A DNA stretch of 38,532 nucleotides. It comes from a virus. Where the stretch lies: IMG/VR virus record IMGVR_UViG_3300028841_000391, positions 1 to 38,532 of that record, one strand, 5' to 3'. The notes under the pieces are model-generated. The model did no database searches. It was not told the DNA's origin and saw only the letters and a list, made by a program, of their open reading frames with translations. Of this stretch, positions 23,102 to 31,898 are shown one piece after another. The position numbers were made by a program, and so were the translations under genes. Each line of letters starts with the position of its first letter. The stretch's first letter is position 1.

Positions 23102-23879
23102 TGCTTCCTGTGTGCATCAACCCAATCGTGGAGGTCGAACAGACCTCTTGCCAACAACAATGCCCCCGCCATCCCAGGAGCTCCCAGTTCTTGCCGCCAG
23201 CGCTTGCCGTGATAGAACTCGCACAGGCTCATAGAGGCTTCGAGCAAATCTCGTTCGCCTTCTATCTTGTGGAAGCGCTCTACGGCTTTCCCAGCTCTTC
23301 CTCGACCTCAACAGTGGCTTGTCGACGGAGTTCTGCCCCAAGAGCAATGTAAAAACCTGGGTACATGGTCGCGAGTTCCGCAGCAGCCTGTTGAAACTCA
23401 GGCAACACGTGCGCTTTGGAGTAGCGGCATAGGGTTTCGAGGTCCACGCTTCGGTTCTTTTTCTGATTTTCGTGGTCGATTGCAGACAGCACCAAATCGC
23501 TAAACAATTTGCAGCCAATCAAAACGTCTTTGTATTTGAGGCCGATGATGAGGTCGCCATGCTTTTCGACCATCTCCTCATCTAGCTCAAACTCTTCAAC
23601 TGTTTTGAGTTCATCGTCCATGCCGGCTTTTTCGAACATGTACGAAAAGATCACATCACCGAGCTTGGGCTTCCTGCGCATGTACTTACGTACTTGCTCC
23701 AAACTGGGAGAAAGGATTGTTTTGAGCAGTTCCTCGGTACCGTTGTCTGTCAAGTCACGCGTAGGTCGATTGATGTTCCCCACGTCAAGACGTTTTTGAT
23801 AGACAGCAATGAACTCTTGCTCTGTGCACATGCGACAAACGATTTCTGGACCATTTTTGACTTTTATTTTTATATCCAT
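23098..23879 (-). CDS. Tail assembly chaperone, -1 frameshift fusion (GT-like, about 260 aa)
   Basis: After a slip at G_GGA_AAG, the -1 frame reads AVERFHKIEGERDLLEASMSLCEFYHGKRWRQELGAPGMAGALLLARGLFDLHDWVDAHRKQ*. It ends in a CAATGA overlap with the tape-measure ATG at 23101. This frame has no start of its own that would explain it. Confidence 0.75.
23280..23879 (-). CDS. Tail assembly chaperone (G-like, zero-frame product)
   Basis: 199 aa between the tube and tape-measure genes. Ends ...EEELGKP* with the slippery heptamer 3 codons before the stop. Confidence 0.8.
   Translation of the reverse strand: MDIKIKVKNGPEIVCRMCTEQEFIAVYQKRLDVGNINRPTRDLTDNGTEELLKTILSPSLEQVRKYMRRKPKLGDVIFSYMFEKAGMDDELKTVEEFELDEEMVEKHGDLIIGLKYKDVLIGCKLFSDLVLSAIDHENQKKNRSVDLETLCRYSKAHVLPEFQQAAAELATMYPGFYIALGAELRRQATVEVEEELGKP
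23286..23292 (-). promoter_or_regulatory. Programmed -1 ribosomal frameshift site GGGAAAG
   Basis: Minus-strand heptamer G GGA AAG in the zero frame (CTG GGA AAG CCG TAG). It is the same heptamer as the phage lambda G/GT site. Confidence 0.75.
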
Positions 23880-23899
23880 ATGTTTAACCGCCTATATAC

Positions 23900-24376
23900 C
23901 TATCCGCCCAAAGAAGGAGTGATATCAATGTCAACTGGCACCAAACACTTGCCATCGCGCGTGAGCCAGCGCAGATAGAAACCAAGCTCGATGTCCAAGC
24001 CGCCCTGCCCTTGCCCCGATGAGTTTTTCACGCTGATGATGCTGGCGTCGTACCAAATATCTTGACTTGGCGCATAAGCACCACGCGGGATGTAATCGAT
24101 GACTACGGGAAACACCAACGCGCCATAACCATCTGGGGCCTTTGACAAAAACTGACGCCAAGCATCGGCAACAATCACCATGCTAGCGTTGGCTTTGTAC
24201 TGGCCTAGTCCGCGTGGTAGGGGGATGGGATGCGTGCCCATGTTTTCCGATGGCTGCAAGCTGTCGTCGTACGTGACGGATTTGCAATGTGTGTAAAACA
24301 TCTCCCCAAATGGCAGTGTAATTCTTACACAGCTATGATCTACTGCAAGTCCCTGAATCCTGGTAGGTATTAACAT
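23900..24376 (-). CDS. Tail tube protein
   Basis: 158 aa, directly downstream of the sheath gene and upstream of the chaperones (canonical myovirus order). Confidence 0.65.
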   Translation of the reverse strand: MLIPTRIQGLAVDHSCVRITLPFGEMFYTHCKSVTYDDSLQPSENMGTHPIPLPRGLGQYKANASMVIVADAWRQFLSKAPDGYGALVFPVVIDYIPRGAYAPSQDIWYDASIISVKNSSGQGQGGLDIELGFYLRWLTRDGKCLVPVDIDITPSLGG

Positions 24377-24396
24377 TTTTCTCTCCTAAGCCTTTG

Positions 24397-26520
24397 TTAT
24401 TGAGTGGTTCCTTCACCCAAAGCCACCGTGATTTCAACCCGGATTTGCTCTGCCGGCGCGCCTGGCGTAAACGCAATCTTTACAACGACCTGCCTTGTGG
24501 TTAGGTAGTTGTAATTGCGTGGCACTTCGATGACGATGTTGTCTTCTGACTGTACAGAGGGTTTCCCATCCTGTTTTTTGACAGACAACAAGAAGAGCTT
24601 GGTTGCATTGCGTGCGGTTTCTGCAATACGGCCTGCCTCAAACGATGCAAGCGCGCCAGCAGGAACACTGTCAGACTCTTTCTTAGGAATGGCCGCCAGG
24701 GTTTTGAGCAAGAAAGGGAACAAAGCCTTCTTCACACGAAATCCGACACCCAGCTTCATCTTGACGTATTCAAGAAGCCTGGATCCCCCATCTGTGGGGT
24801 CTGAGAGCGTGGTGCTACCTGTAAAAAAGTATTGCCCTGGTGCTTCGGGTATGTAGGTACGCGTGGTGATGCTGCGCTGTGCATACAAACCTGGTTTGAC
24901 TGCCTCGTCATGATAGATAAACGGCGTAACCAAATTGTCGATAGAGTTCCCATCGGTTTCGCCGATGTTTTGATGCACGGCCACTCTGGAATTTTTGCGC
25001 ATGGCATCAAACAACGCAGGGCGGCGTGCTGCATGTTTGGTGTAGTCAGACAAAATGCGCACATATCCATCTACTTTGCTCACAAGTCCATTTGCTGAGT
25101 TGAACCCAGCAAAGTCACTGTTGATGGAATCCATCCATGCTTGTTCGGTTTCTGAGCCAACAACGTCAATGTCACGTGTGGTGAAAACCCCGTACCAGAA
25201 TTTGTTGTTAATGAGACTTTGCAGCTTGGCATCCAACAGTGTTATGTCGGTACGGCTCACTCTCTCTGAGCTGGTAACATACCCAAAATCAAACAAAGTT
25301 TGCGCAGCCGCTACATCAATGCAGTTCAGAACTTCCGTGTTGCTGCTTCTTGGCAGGGTAGATGAGAACTTAAACCGGTCGCCAACTGCCAAAGTCCCTG
25401 TAAGGGTTAGTGTTACACCCGTGTCAATGTTGCCATCAGACAACGACACAACACCGCCGACAGTAAGGATTTTTTCACTGGATGTGTACGCCTGGCTGTT
25501 GTCGGGCGAGAAGGTGACGCCAATGGGTGATGCGCCCCCCACTGTACCGCCACGTACCACCACCACATCAAAATCGTACATGTCATTGGCAGTGCCGGAT
25601 GCGGTGGCAGTCCCGTTGGAACCAAACACCAAGCTCGTAGCAGATTTGGCCGACAACAGACCATTGCCTGGCAGCGTGAAGATGTTGGCCTGGAAAACAC
25701 CAGGGTTTGCAGCAGCACGTATGGCGAGTTCACCAACGGCTTGTGCGGCCGTTGTTGTGGGCTCGCCATTGGCGTTTGTGGCCAAATTGAGCGTAAGAAG
25801 GCCAGTGCCCGTGTTGTACGAAGAGCTCAGTGGCGTGCTGTTTCCAGCACGTATGATTTCAAACGAGACGCCAGTCTTGAGGGCGCTAATTAACACAGAG
25901 CCAGGGTTGAGCTGCGTAGCAGACAACACACCCGCCAAAGAAGCACCTGTGCCTTGCGCAACAGCTCCCACCAATGCAAGCGCTGGCGCGCTGCCATTGA
26001 TGGCACCAGCCAATCCGGTACCTGTCTCAGTAACAGCGGTCATGTCACGCTTCAACGTCACAGTGATGGCAGGGCCCACCACGCCCACAGTTGTGGTTGC
26101 CGTTACGACGCCGGGGTCTACAATGGTCAAACTGACATCATCTACTTTGGCCGTAACCAACACGTCGCCGTTGAAGTTTGCGCCTGGTACCAACACAGAG
26201 CCGAAAACTTTGACTGGTGTGCCAACCGAGGCGGGAGATGGTGTTTTGACGACTGTGCCAACCACGCTAGCCGTCGAAGTGGTGGACCGCATAAAGTACA
26301 CCGGGCCACCCGCACGAACAAGAATGTGCATAGCCATCTGAATGCCTGGCCCGAAGCCAAACTCCACTGCATCTGCAAAGCTGTTAAGTGGACGCAAGGT
26401 GTTGACAGGCCCAGCAGACGAGGGACCTATCACCAACGGAATGCCTTCACGGCCCACATCGTTGGATGGGACCGTTGTTCTTCTAAAAATAACTTCTGTG
26501 CCCGGTAAAATCGTCGCCAT
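24397..26520 (-). CDS. Contractile tail sheath protein (enlarged, 707 aa)
   Basis: The N-terminus ...GIPLVIGPSSAGPVNTLRPLNSFADAVEFGFGPG...GGPVYFMR and the C-terminal half fit the sheath pattern. Residues about 90-400 form a Thr/Gly/Ala/Val-rich insertion with two LATD-module copies. Confidence 0.8.
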   Translation of the reverse strand: MATILPGTEVIFRRTTVPSNDVGREGIPLVIGPSSAGPVNTLRPLNSFADAVEFGFGPGIQMAMHILVRAGGPVYFMRSTTSTASVVGTVVKTPSPASVGTPVKVFGSVLVPGANFNGDVLVTAKVDDVSLTIVDPGVVTATTTVGVVGPAITVTLKRDMTAVTETGTGLAGAINGSAPALALVGAVAQGTGASLAGVLSATQLNPGSVLISALKTGVSFEIIRAGNSTPLSSSYNTGTGLLTLNLATNANGEPTTTAAQAVGELAIRAAANPGVFQANIFTLPGNGLLSAKSATSLVFGSNGTATASGTANDMYDFDVVVVRGGTVGGASPIGVTFSPDNSQAYTSSEKILTVGGVVSLSDGNIDTGVTLTLTGTLAVGDRFKFSSTLPRSSNTEVLNCIDVAAAQTLFDFGYVTSSERVSRTDITLLDAKLQSLINNKFWYGVFTTRDIDVVGSETEQAWMDSINSDFAGFNSANGLVSKVDGYVRILSDYTKHAARRPALFDAMRKNSRVAVHQNIGETDGNSIDNLVTPFIYHDEAVKPGLYAQRSITTRTYIPEAPGQYFFTGSTTLSDPTDGGSRLLEYVKMKLGVGFRVKKALFPFLLKTLAAIPKKESDSVPAGALASFEAGRIAETARNATKLFLLSVKKQDGKPSVQSEDNIVIEVPRNYNYLTTRQVVVKIAFTPGAPAEQIRVEITVALGEGTTQ

Positions 26521-26529
26521 ACGTACCCC

Positions 26530-27078
26530 TTAAATTGAAACAGTTAACTCATTGGTTTCGACAGTTTGCTCAATGCTTTGCAACACGGCGGTTGGCATAA
26601 ATCGCACGATTTGCACATTCGCCTGAATGGACAGCACATACTCAACGGTCTGCTGGGTTTGCTCCTCGCGGTCCAACCATTTGCCACTCACAATTTCCAG
26701 CCGACCGTGATTGACGGAGGTGCCCAAAACCTCACAAACGTCGAAAAGCGCTTGCACCACATCGTTGATGAGTGCCTCCATTTTGGCGGGCGTGGATTCA
26801 TACAAGTGCAAATCACACCCGGCTAGCCGAGAGTGAGAGCTCTCTACTTCGACCAGTTGCCCACTGACAACTGCCGGCAGAGAGTCGTAATCTCCATAGG
26901 AAAAGCTATCGTTGGTTGGAATCCAGATAACCGCTGGGTAGCTCAGTGGTGCATTCAGCTTGTCTTTGCCCCAAAATTGCTTGATGCAGCCAAGCGATTG
27001 TGCAGTCGCTGTGCTTGCTACATGCTTCTGCATGAGCTCAAAAACATCGTACAGTTGAAATAGGTTGTACTGACCCAT
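26530..27078 (-). CDS. Tail completion / sheath-proximal neck protein
   Basis: I trimmed track ORF 26530-27339 to the ATG at 27078, which forms an ATGA overlap with the upstream stop. 182 aa: MGQYNLFQLYDVFELMQKH... Confidence 0.55.
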   Translation of the reverse strand: MGQYNLFQLYDVFELMQKHVASTATAQSLGCIKQFWGKDKLNAPLSYPAVIWIPTNDSFSYGDYDSLPAVVSGQLVEVESSHSRLAGCDLHLYESTPAKMEALINDVVQALFDVCEVLGTSVNHGRLEIVSGKWLDREEQTQQTVEYVLSIQANVQIVRFMPTAVLQSIEQTVETNELTVSI

Positions 27079-27506
27079 CACACAAAGACCCTTCCCTTGA
27101 TGATGGCTTCGGTGACCTTCTGTTGAATAACAGGGGCCAGTTCGTCGTACCAACTCTGCGGCAGCTTTGTGGTTGGCAGAAAAGAACGAGCAACCATTTT
27201 TCGCGTGCCGGTCTGCGAAAATTTGGCGTACCACTTTGCATTGCTCACCGTGACTGTGCTGGCGTTGTACGTGTATGTAAAATGCCCACGCAGCCCAATG
27301 AGCGGCGTTCTGTCTGGATTTTGCACCAGAGGTGCCCACATGCCACCATCTGGTGACGAGACAGAAAGGAACTGTTGATCTACCAACTCAGGCAATTTCG
27401 TTGCTGTCTCTTTGGCAGCAACAGCGCGTGCAGTTTTTGCCAATTCACGAAGTGTCTTTTTTAGATCTTCAAGCCCAATGGGTTTGCTTGCTTTCATGGA
27501 AATCAT
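27078..27506 (-). CDS. Head-tail joining / virion morphogenesis protein (HK97 gp10- or Mu G-like position)
   Basis: Trimmed to the ATG at 27506 (ATGA overlap with the upstream stop). 142 aa: MISMKASKPIGLEDLKKTLRELAKTARAVAAKE... Confidence 0.5.
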   Translation of the reverse strand: MISMKASKPIGLEDLKKTLRELAKTARAVAAKETATKLPELVDQQFLSVSSPDGGMWAPLVQNPDRTPLIGLRGHFTYTYNASTVTVSNAKWYAKFSQTGTRKMVARSFLPTTKLPQSWYDELAPVIQQKVTEAIIKGRVFV

Positions 27507-28246
27507 CAATACCTCCAATACGTTTTGAATGGAGGTCGGGCCACAATGAAATCCGCGAAATTGACACCAGGCCCTGTTTCCACCACCTTGGGCTGGACCA
27601 ACCCCTTGCTGATCTGGTCCAGCCATTTCATGGCCTGCACAGGCTCGTACACTTTGAAGTCTTGATTCTGTGTCAATCCTTTGCGTTGGATCATGAACCA
27701 GCGCGCCAGTTGACACACAATCAACCTCAAGTCATCACCCCAGACGACAAGCGGGTCTTTGTAGGTGTTCCTTATCAGGCTCAACGCAAACGAAGAGGCT
27801 GCCGACAAAAAGCGGACGATGTCCGGAGACGGTTGCGTGCCGAATGACCACTGGTCGTTTGCTACAAAGCTAGGCGCTGGCACACCGTTGAAAAACTCAA
27901 GGGTGAATCCACCAAACACATACGGCAAACAACCATCATCATTCGGTGCAAAATGGCGCGCAGGCGAAAAAGTCACTCCGCCGTCATCTGAAATGGAAAA
28001 GGTAGGCAATGGGTTGGGATTCACCACATTGTATTGGTTCACCTCGCCGCCCGAGATACACTTCACAACGATGTTGTAGGTACCTATGGGATTGGATTCG
28101 CGTGACAGCTGCATGTTGCCGCTGCCCACACCAATTTTGACAGGTGCAGACCAAAGGCCAGGCCGAAACCCACCTTCCTGAAACAATGTGTCAGGCGGGG
28201 CAGCCAGTTGCCAAAAATCTTCCGCTGTCGCGAGGAGGGTATCCAT
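27506..28246 (-). CDS. Head-tail adaptor, Mu gp36 (DUF1320)-like ends with a large internal insertion
   Basis: The N-terminus MDTLLATAEDFWQLA and the C-terminus ...DDLRLIVCQLARWFMIQRKG...YEPVQAMKWLDQISKG resemble DUF1320. About 120 beta-rich residues lie between them. Confidence 0.45.
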   Translation of the reverse strand: MDTLLATAEDFWQLAAPPDTLFQEGGFRPGLWSAPVKIGVGSGNMQLSRESNPIGTYNIVVKCISGGEVNQYNVVNPNPLPTFSISDDGGVTFSPARHFAPNDDGCLPYVFGGFTLEFFNGVPAPSFVANDQWSFGTQPSPDIVRFLSAASSFALSLIRNTYKDPLVVWGDDLRLIVCQLARWFMIQRKGLTQNQDFKVYEPVQAMKWLDQISKGLVQPKVVETGPGVNFADFIVARPPFKTYWRY

Positions 28247-28248
28247 TC

Positions 28249-28593
28249 CTACCTATCCAGAATCATTCCGTACATCGACGCTTTTTGCACAGTGATGCCA
28301 CCAGGAACAACAAGCTGCAAATATTGAGCGGTTTCAAGATCTTTCATCCATCGCCCTACAGCTTTGCCGTCATTTTTCGCAGCATCCACTGGCATCTCGT
28401 TTGGAAAAGGCATCCACTCTTGCATCGTCGGGTCCCAAATGATGCAAGTGCAGTTTCCAGTCCCCGCCGTCACTTTCAGATTTACCCACACGGCGCTTCC
28501 TGACAGAGCACTGAAATAAACAGCAGTGCTTGTGTCTAGCGAGGCAGGAATAGAGGTGTACGGCGTAAACAAAATGTTTTGCGTTGCGGCCAT
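28249..28593 (-). CDS. Hypothetical head-proximal protein (114 aa)
   Basis: RBS AGGAGA. Lies between the capsid and adaptor genes. Confidence 0.6.
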   Translation of the reverse strand: MAATQNILFTPYTSIPASLDTSTAVYFSALSGSAVWVNLKVTAGTGNCTCIIWDPTMQEWMPFPNEMPVDAAKNDGKAVGRWMKDLETAQYLQLVVPGGITVQKASMYGMILDR

Positions 28594-28604
28594 GGTGTCT
28601 CCTA

Positions 28605-28949
28605 CTAGTGAGCGTTTACAACCAAGGTTCCCGTACCAGATTCAGACCACACTTGTAGGTACTGAATGGCATCGACCACGGATGCATCATTTCCGCCCAA
28701 AGGCAGCTCATAGCCAAAGGTCACTACTTCGTTGGCTACCATGCGGTAGTAGTTGCTTTGTCCTCCCGCAGCTGGAGCGGGGTCGGCCGTAGGTGCAACA
28801 GGGGCAGCATCCACACGACTGAATTTGACTGGACGCACAGAGCAACCAAGCGTGGAGCGCACGGTCACTTTGCTAAATCCCACTGCGCTATCCAGTGTGA
28901 TTAAATAGCCAGTAGTACTGGCCATATTAAGTGTTTTCTGTACCAACAT
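28605..28949 (-). CDS. Hypothetical head-proximal protein (114 aa)
   Basis: ATG at 28949, 6 nt after GGAGA and just past the capsid stop. The track ORF extends upstream into the capsid gene. Confidence 0.6.
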   Translation of the reverse strand: MLVQKTLNMASTTGYLITLDSAVGFSKVTVRSTLGCSVRPVKFSRVDAAPVAPTADPAPAAGGQSNYYRMVANEVVTFGYELPLGGNDASVVDAIQYLQVWSESGTGTLVVNAH

Positions 28950-28959
28950 ATATATCTCC

Positions 28960-29922
28960 TTATGGCAGGGTGCAGCGAATGGCCAACTGTGGAAGTCCGT
29001 ATCCAGAACCACCAATCGCTTCGTAGTAGAACAACCGCGAAGCAGACTCATGACGTGGCCAGTCATTGGGCCCTGTCATGAAGAACTGTGGCTGAATCAG
29101 GTTACGGCTGATGAAGGCACGTCGCATGGCGTGATTGGTGTTGATGAGGTACCAACGTTTATCGGAGTTCGGGAATGTTGGGTCAGCCAGCTCAGGGAAG
29201 TAGAGCAAGTTGGCAACATTGGCCAGCCGGGTTGTGATACCCGCAGCAGCAGCACCCACTTGTTTGGCATACAAACCAGCATTCAAAATCTCAGAGAAGT
29301 TGATAAACTGGTCGTAGCTTGATACGACAACGGTGGGTGTACCCATCTCGATGTTCATACGAGTTCCGTCGTAGCCAAGGATGTCCATCATGGCTTGGTA
29401 CGCCAGCTTGAACCCCGCGGTGTCCGCAGAAGCGGTGATGTCATTGTTAAACGTACCAGAACCCACACGGTGACGATTTACAGGGTGGCTGCCGGAAAAG
29501 AATGGCAACTGGTCATAAGCCAAACCGTTGCGATTCATGGTAACCGCTAAATCGCGATTCCAAATCCCACTGGCCTGTTTGATAAGGTCAGGCGAGTTTT
29601 GGTCAAGCAATCCATACACGTCATAGAAATCATGAATCGAGTACTTTTCGGAGTGACCATCGATACGACCGGCTTCAACGTTCACATTCTCAATCACTGG
29701 ATCTGAGAAATCGCGGTTGTCGGTAAGACCTACTTTTTTCTCTTTGGTAGAGGCAATTCGCATTGGGTACACTGCGATTTGTCCTGCTTTTACCGTGTCG
29801 ACAAAAGCAATCTTTTTATAGGTCTGCTCAACATATGTGTTGTCTGCCATCAACTGCTTGTTGATTGCAGTGACTAGCAGGTTGGGGTCTCTGGTACCAC
29901 CACTTACAAAAGGTGCGGGCAT
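28960..29922 (-). CDS. Major capsid protein (Mu gpT-like position and size)
   Basis: 320 aa, lying downstream of the protease/scaffold and decoration-like genes within a Mu-type head module (gp29-like portal, gpI-like protease). Confidence 0.72.
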   Translation of the reverse strand: MPAPFVSGGTRDPNLLVTAINKQLMADNTYVEQTYKKIAFVDTVKAGQIAVYPMRIASTKEKKVGLTDNRDFSDPVIENVNVEAGRIDGHSEKYSIHDFYDVYGLLDQNSPDLIKQASGIWNRDLAVTMNRNGLAYDQLPFFSGSHPVNRHRVGSGTFNNDITASADTAGFKLAYQAMMDILGYDGTRMNIEMGTPTVVVSSYDQFINFSEILNAGLYAKQVGAAAAGITTRLANVANLLYFPELADPTFPNSDKRWYLINTNHAMRRAFISRNLIQPQFFMTGPNDWPRHESASRLFYYEAIGGSGYGLPQLAIRCTLP

Positions 29923-29938
29923 GGGTCATTCTCCTTCG

Positions 29939-30667
29939 TTAAATCACGCTGTTTCCGTCTACGAACAAGTTTCCATTTTCGATTTCCACAAGACGAATCC
30001 AGAAATCGAGCGGCGTAAGAGTTGCTTTCACTGTGGTGTCATCTACAAACGCCACATAGCTGTCCAGCAACGTGGGCAGGTCTGTAGACGAGCCACCAAT
30101 CAATACGCGGCATTTTGAGAAGCTCATCAGCAAGCCAGCCTGATCAACACCACTGGTCGAATTGTCGTAGGTGTCTTTGGCAACGCCCAGGTACGCCACA
30201 TGAGGCACAGCAGTCACAGCAAATGCTGCAGTTGCAGTTGCACCTGTTCCGGTTGCCCCAATTTTGAGAAGTAGGCTAGCCAAGGCGTGCTTACGCACTT
30301 CGCTTGCAACAGCATTTGCCGTGCTGGTTGCGGCACCAGCGCCGTCGGTACCCAATTGCACCACCACGTCCACAGTGGCTGCATTGAACACAACATCCAC
30401 ACCCAGTGTCTTGTTGGCCCCACCCGTCACTTGCGAGTAGCGAACGTTCTGCTGCTTGGACCAAACGCGGATTCCCCCGTTTGCGTCGACGCCAGCTGCA
30501 GTCAACATGAGCGTAGTGGAGATTGCGCCGGCTTTGTATACCTTCCCGGCAATTTGAAAAGCGTGCGCGCCCTTCCACACTCGTTCGCCAGCGGCCAAAA
30601 CGGTTGCGTGGACAGTTCGCTCATCGTATCCATCGATTAGCTTGATCATTTCTGTAACGGCTGCCAT
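29939..30667 (-). CDS. Head decoration-like protein carrying a LATD module
   Basis: 242 aa between the scaffold and capsid genes (the lambda D/E arrangement). The N-terminal beta segment resembles DUF2190-type proteins. Contains VDVVVQLGTDGAGAATSTANAVASEV. Confidence 0.5.
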   Translation of the reverse strand: MAAVTEMIKLIDGYDERTVHATVLAAGERVWKGAHAFQIAGKVYKAGAISTTLMLTAAGVDANGGIRVWSKQQNVRYSQVTGGANKTLGVDVVFNAATVDVVVQLGTDGAGAATSTANAVASEVRKHALASLLLKIGATGTGATATAAFAVTAVPHVAYLGVAKDTYDNSTSGVDQAGLLMSFSKCRVLIGGSSTDLPTLLDSYVAFVDDTTVKATLTPLDFWIRLVEIENGNLFVDGNSVI

Positions 30668-30669
30668 GT

Positions 30670-31842
30670 CTATCCCTCTTTATTGCTTAGTTTTTCTTTG
30701 ATTCTCTTCATGCTTTCTTTGACGTAGTCAGGGAAATCCTCTTGTGGGGCATTTTTCTGGCTTAGCGTCTCAATTCTTTCGTTTTTCTGAGTTAGCTCGT
30801 CAGAAAACAAACTTTTTGTCCCGTCCAAGAAGGTTTTTAGCGCCTTGACAGACAACTTCATGTATTCCTCTTTTTCGACGGGAGAGATGACCCCTTGCGC
30901 AACGGCTTTTTCTACCAACGCCTCTTGTTCGCTTTTGCGGGAGAGGGTAAGCTGCTCAACAGCAACGTGGCGAAAGCGCTTCATTGCAAGCAGCTCTCCG
31001 TGAATCTCTTCCACATCGCTCTTGCCAGTGATTTGCTTGCACAACTCGAACAAATTGGCGCTTAGGTGCTCAGAATCTTCTTGTTTGCCTTCTGTGTGCG
31101 GCGGCGCTTCCTTCTTGGGTTGCTCAACGATAGGGGCGGGTGTTTTTTCTTTCGCCAGCTCGTCAATCATTTCCGAGGTTTTGCCTTCAGGATCAATTTC
31201 TTGAATCATTTTGTTCATCATTTCAAGCACATCCGGCAGCAATGCAGTGAGCTTCTGCGCAACATCTTTGGCAGATTGATTGCTCGATTCCATTGCCATC
31301 TGAGCGGCTTTCATGCAGTCCCCTGCTGCGCTGAGCATTTCCTTAAGGGGTCGTATTTGTGTGATGAGTGTTTCGTCCATTGTTGGGGCTCCCTGCGATA
31401 ACATGAGTGGCCGCAAGCCATATGCCGCCGGCCGATTGGTCAAAGAAACTTCGTAGACGTTCTTGACGACTTTTTTGGCGTGAAGAAACCCAGAGCTGTA
31501 GTAAAGCCAACGACCCATGCGGATTTCTTCTTCACGGTCAGCGTTAAACTGAACCGACAGCCACAAACCTTGTGTATCGGTCTCAAATTGGTAGCCGTGT
31601 CCAGACGCTTGCAAATCCTTGTCGCTTGCGTCGTCCTCTTCCTGTCGATGGTCAATAAAGATGGGAATGAGCGTTTTTTGCTCGTTGAACCGGCGGATGA
31701 TTTCTTTTGCACCGGCTACCGTGAGATATACCGGTCCCTTGGTGGTTTTATTCAAACCCCAGTGGAAAAGAAGCAGCTTGTTGGGTGCATCCTTGCCCAA
31801 TTTTGGTGTTGGCAAGAGCAAGGATTTTCCTTCTATAAGCAT
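30670..31842 (-). CDS. Prohead protease/scaffold fusion (Mu gpI-like)
   Basis: The N-terminal ...LLLPTPKLGKDAPNKLLLFHWGLNKTTKGPVYLTVAGAKEIIRRFNEQKTLIPIFIDHRQE fits the Mu I protease family pattern. The C-terminal half is a Glu/Lys-rich coiled coil, as expected of a scaffold. Confidence 0.7.
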   Translation of the reverse strand: MLIEGKSLLLPTPKLGKDAPNKLLLFHWGLNKTTKGPVYLTVAGAKEIIRRFNEQKTLIPIFIDHRQEEDDASDKDLQASGHGYQFETDTQGLWLSVQFNADREEEIRMGRWLYYSSGFLHAKKVVKNVYEVSLTNRPAAYGLRPLMLSQGAPTMDETLITQIRPLKEMLSAAGDCMKAAQMAMESSNQSAKDVAQKLTALLPDVLEMMNKMIQEIDPEGKTSEMIDELAKEKTPAPIVEQPKKEAPPHTEGKQEDSEHLSANLFELCKQITGKSDVEEIHGELLAMKRFRHVAVEQLTLSRKSEQEALVEKAVAQGVISPVEKEEYMKLSVKALKTFLDGTKSLFSDELTQKNERIETLSQKNAPQEDFPDYVKESMKRIKEKLSNKEG

Positions 31843-31898
31843 TTATAGAAGCAGGGGTAACAAAGCGAGATTTTTCTGTCAAATCTGATTTACAGAAA

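Noticed and set aside
23117-23518. 133-aa ORF as the frameshift partner of the tail chaperone
   Set aside because: It lies in the +1 frame relative to the chaperone and its translation is Arg-rich. The -1 frame entered at GGGAAAG gives a protein-like extension that ends exactly at the tape-measure start.
25055-26341. 428-aa + strand ORF, the longest ORF on that strand in the late region
   Set aside because: It lies entirely antisense to the sheath gene (24397-26520). Its Pro/Ser/Thr/Val-rich low-complexity translation is typical of a shadow frame of a Gly/Ala/Thr/Val-rich gene, and it has no RBS. The other + strand ORFs inside 13417-37404 (e.g. 16547-17113, 22236-22727, 22728-23234, 36019-36495) are rejected for the same reason.
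27079-27716. Long N-terminal extensions of track ORFs 26530-27339 and 27078-27716
   Set aside because: The extensions overlap the upstream genes by 200-260 nt and translate to His/Arg/Gln-rich sequence. Internal ATGs at 27078 and 27506 form ATGA stop/start overlaps, which is the coupling used throughout this operon.
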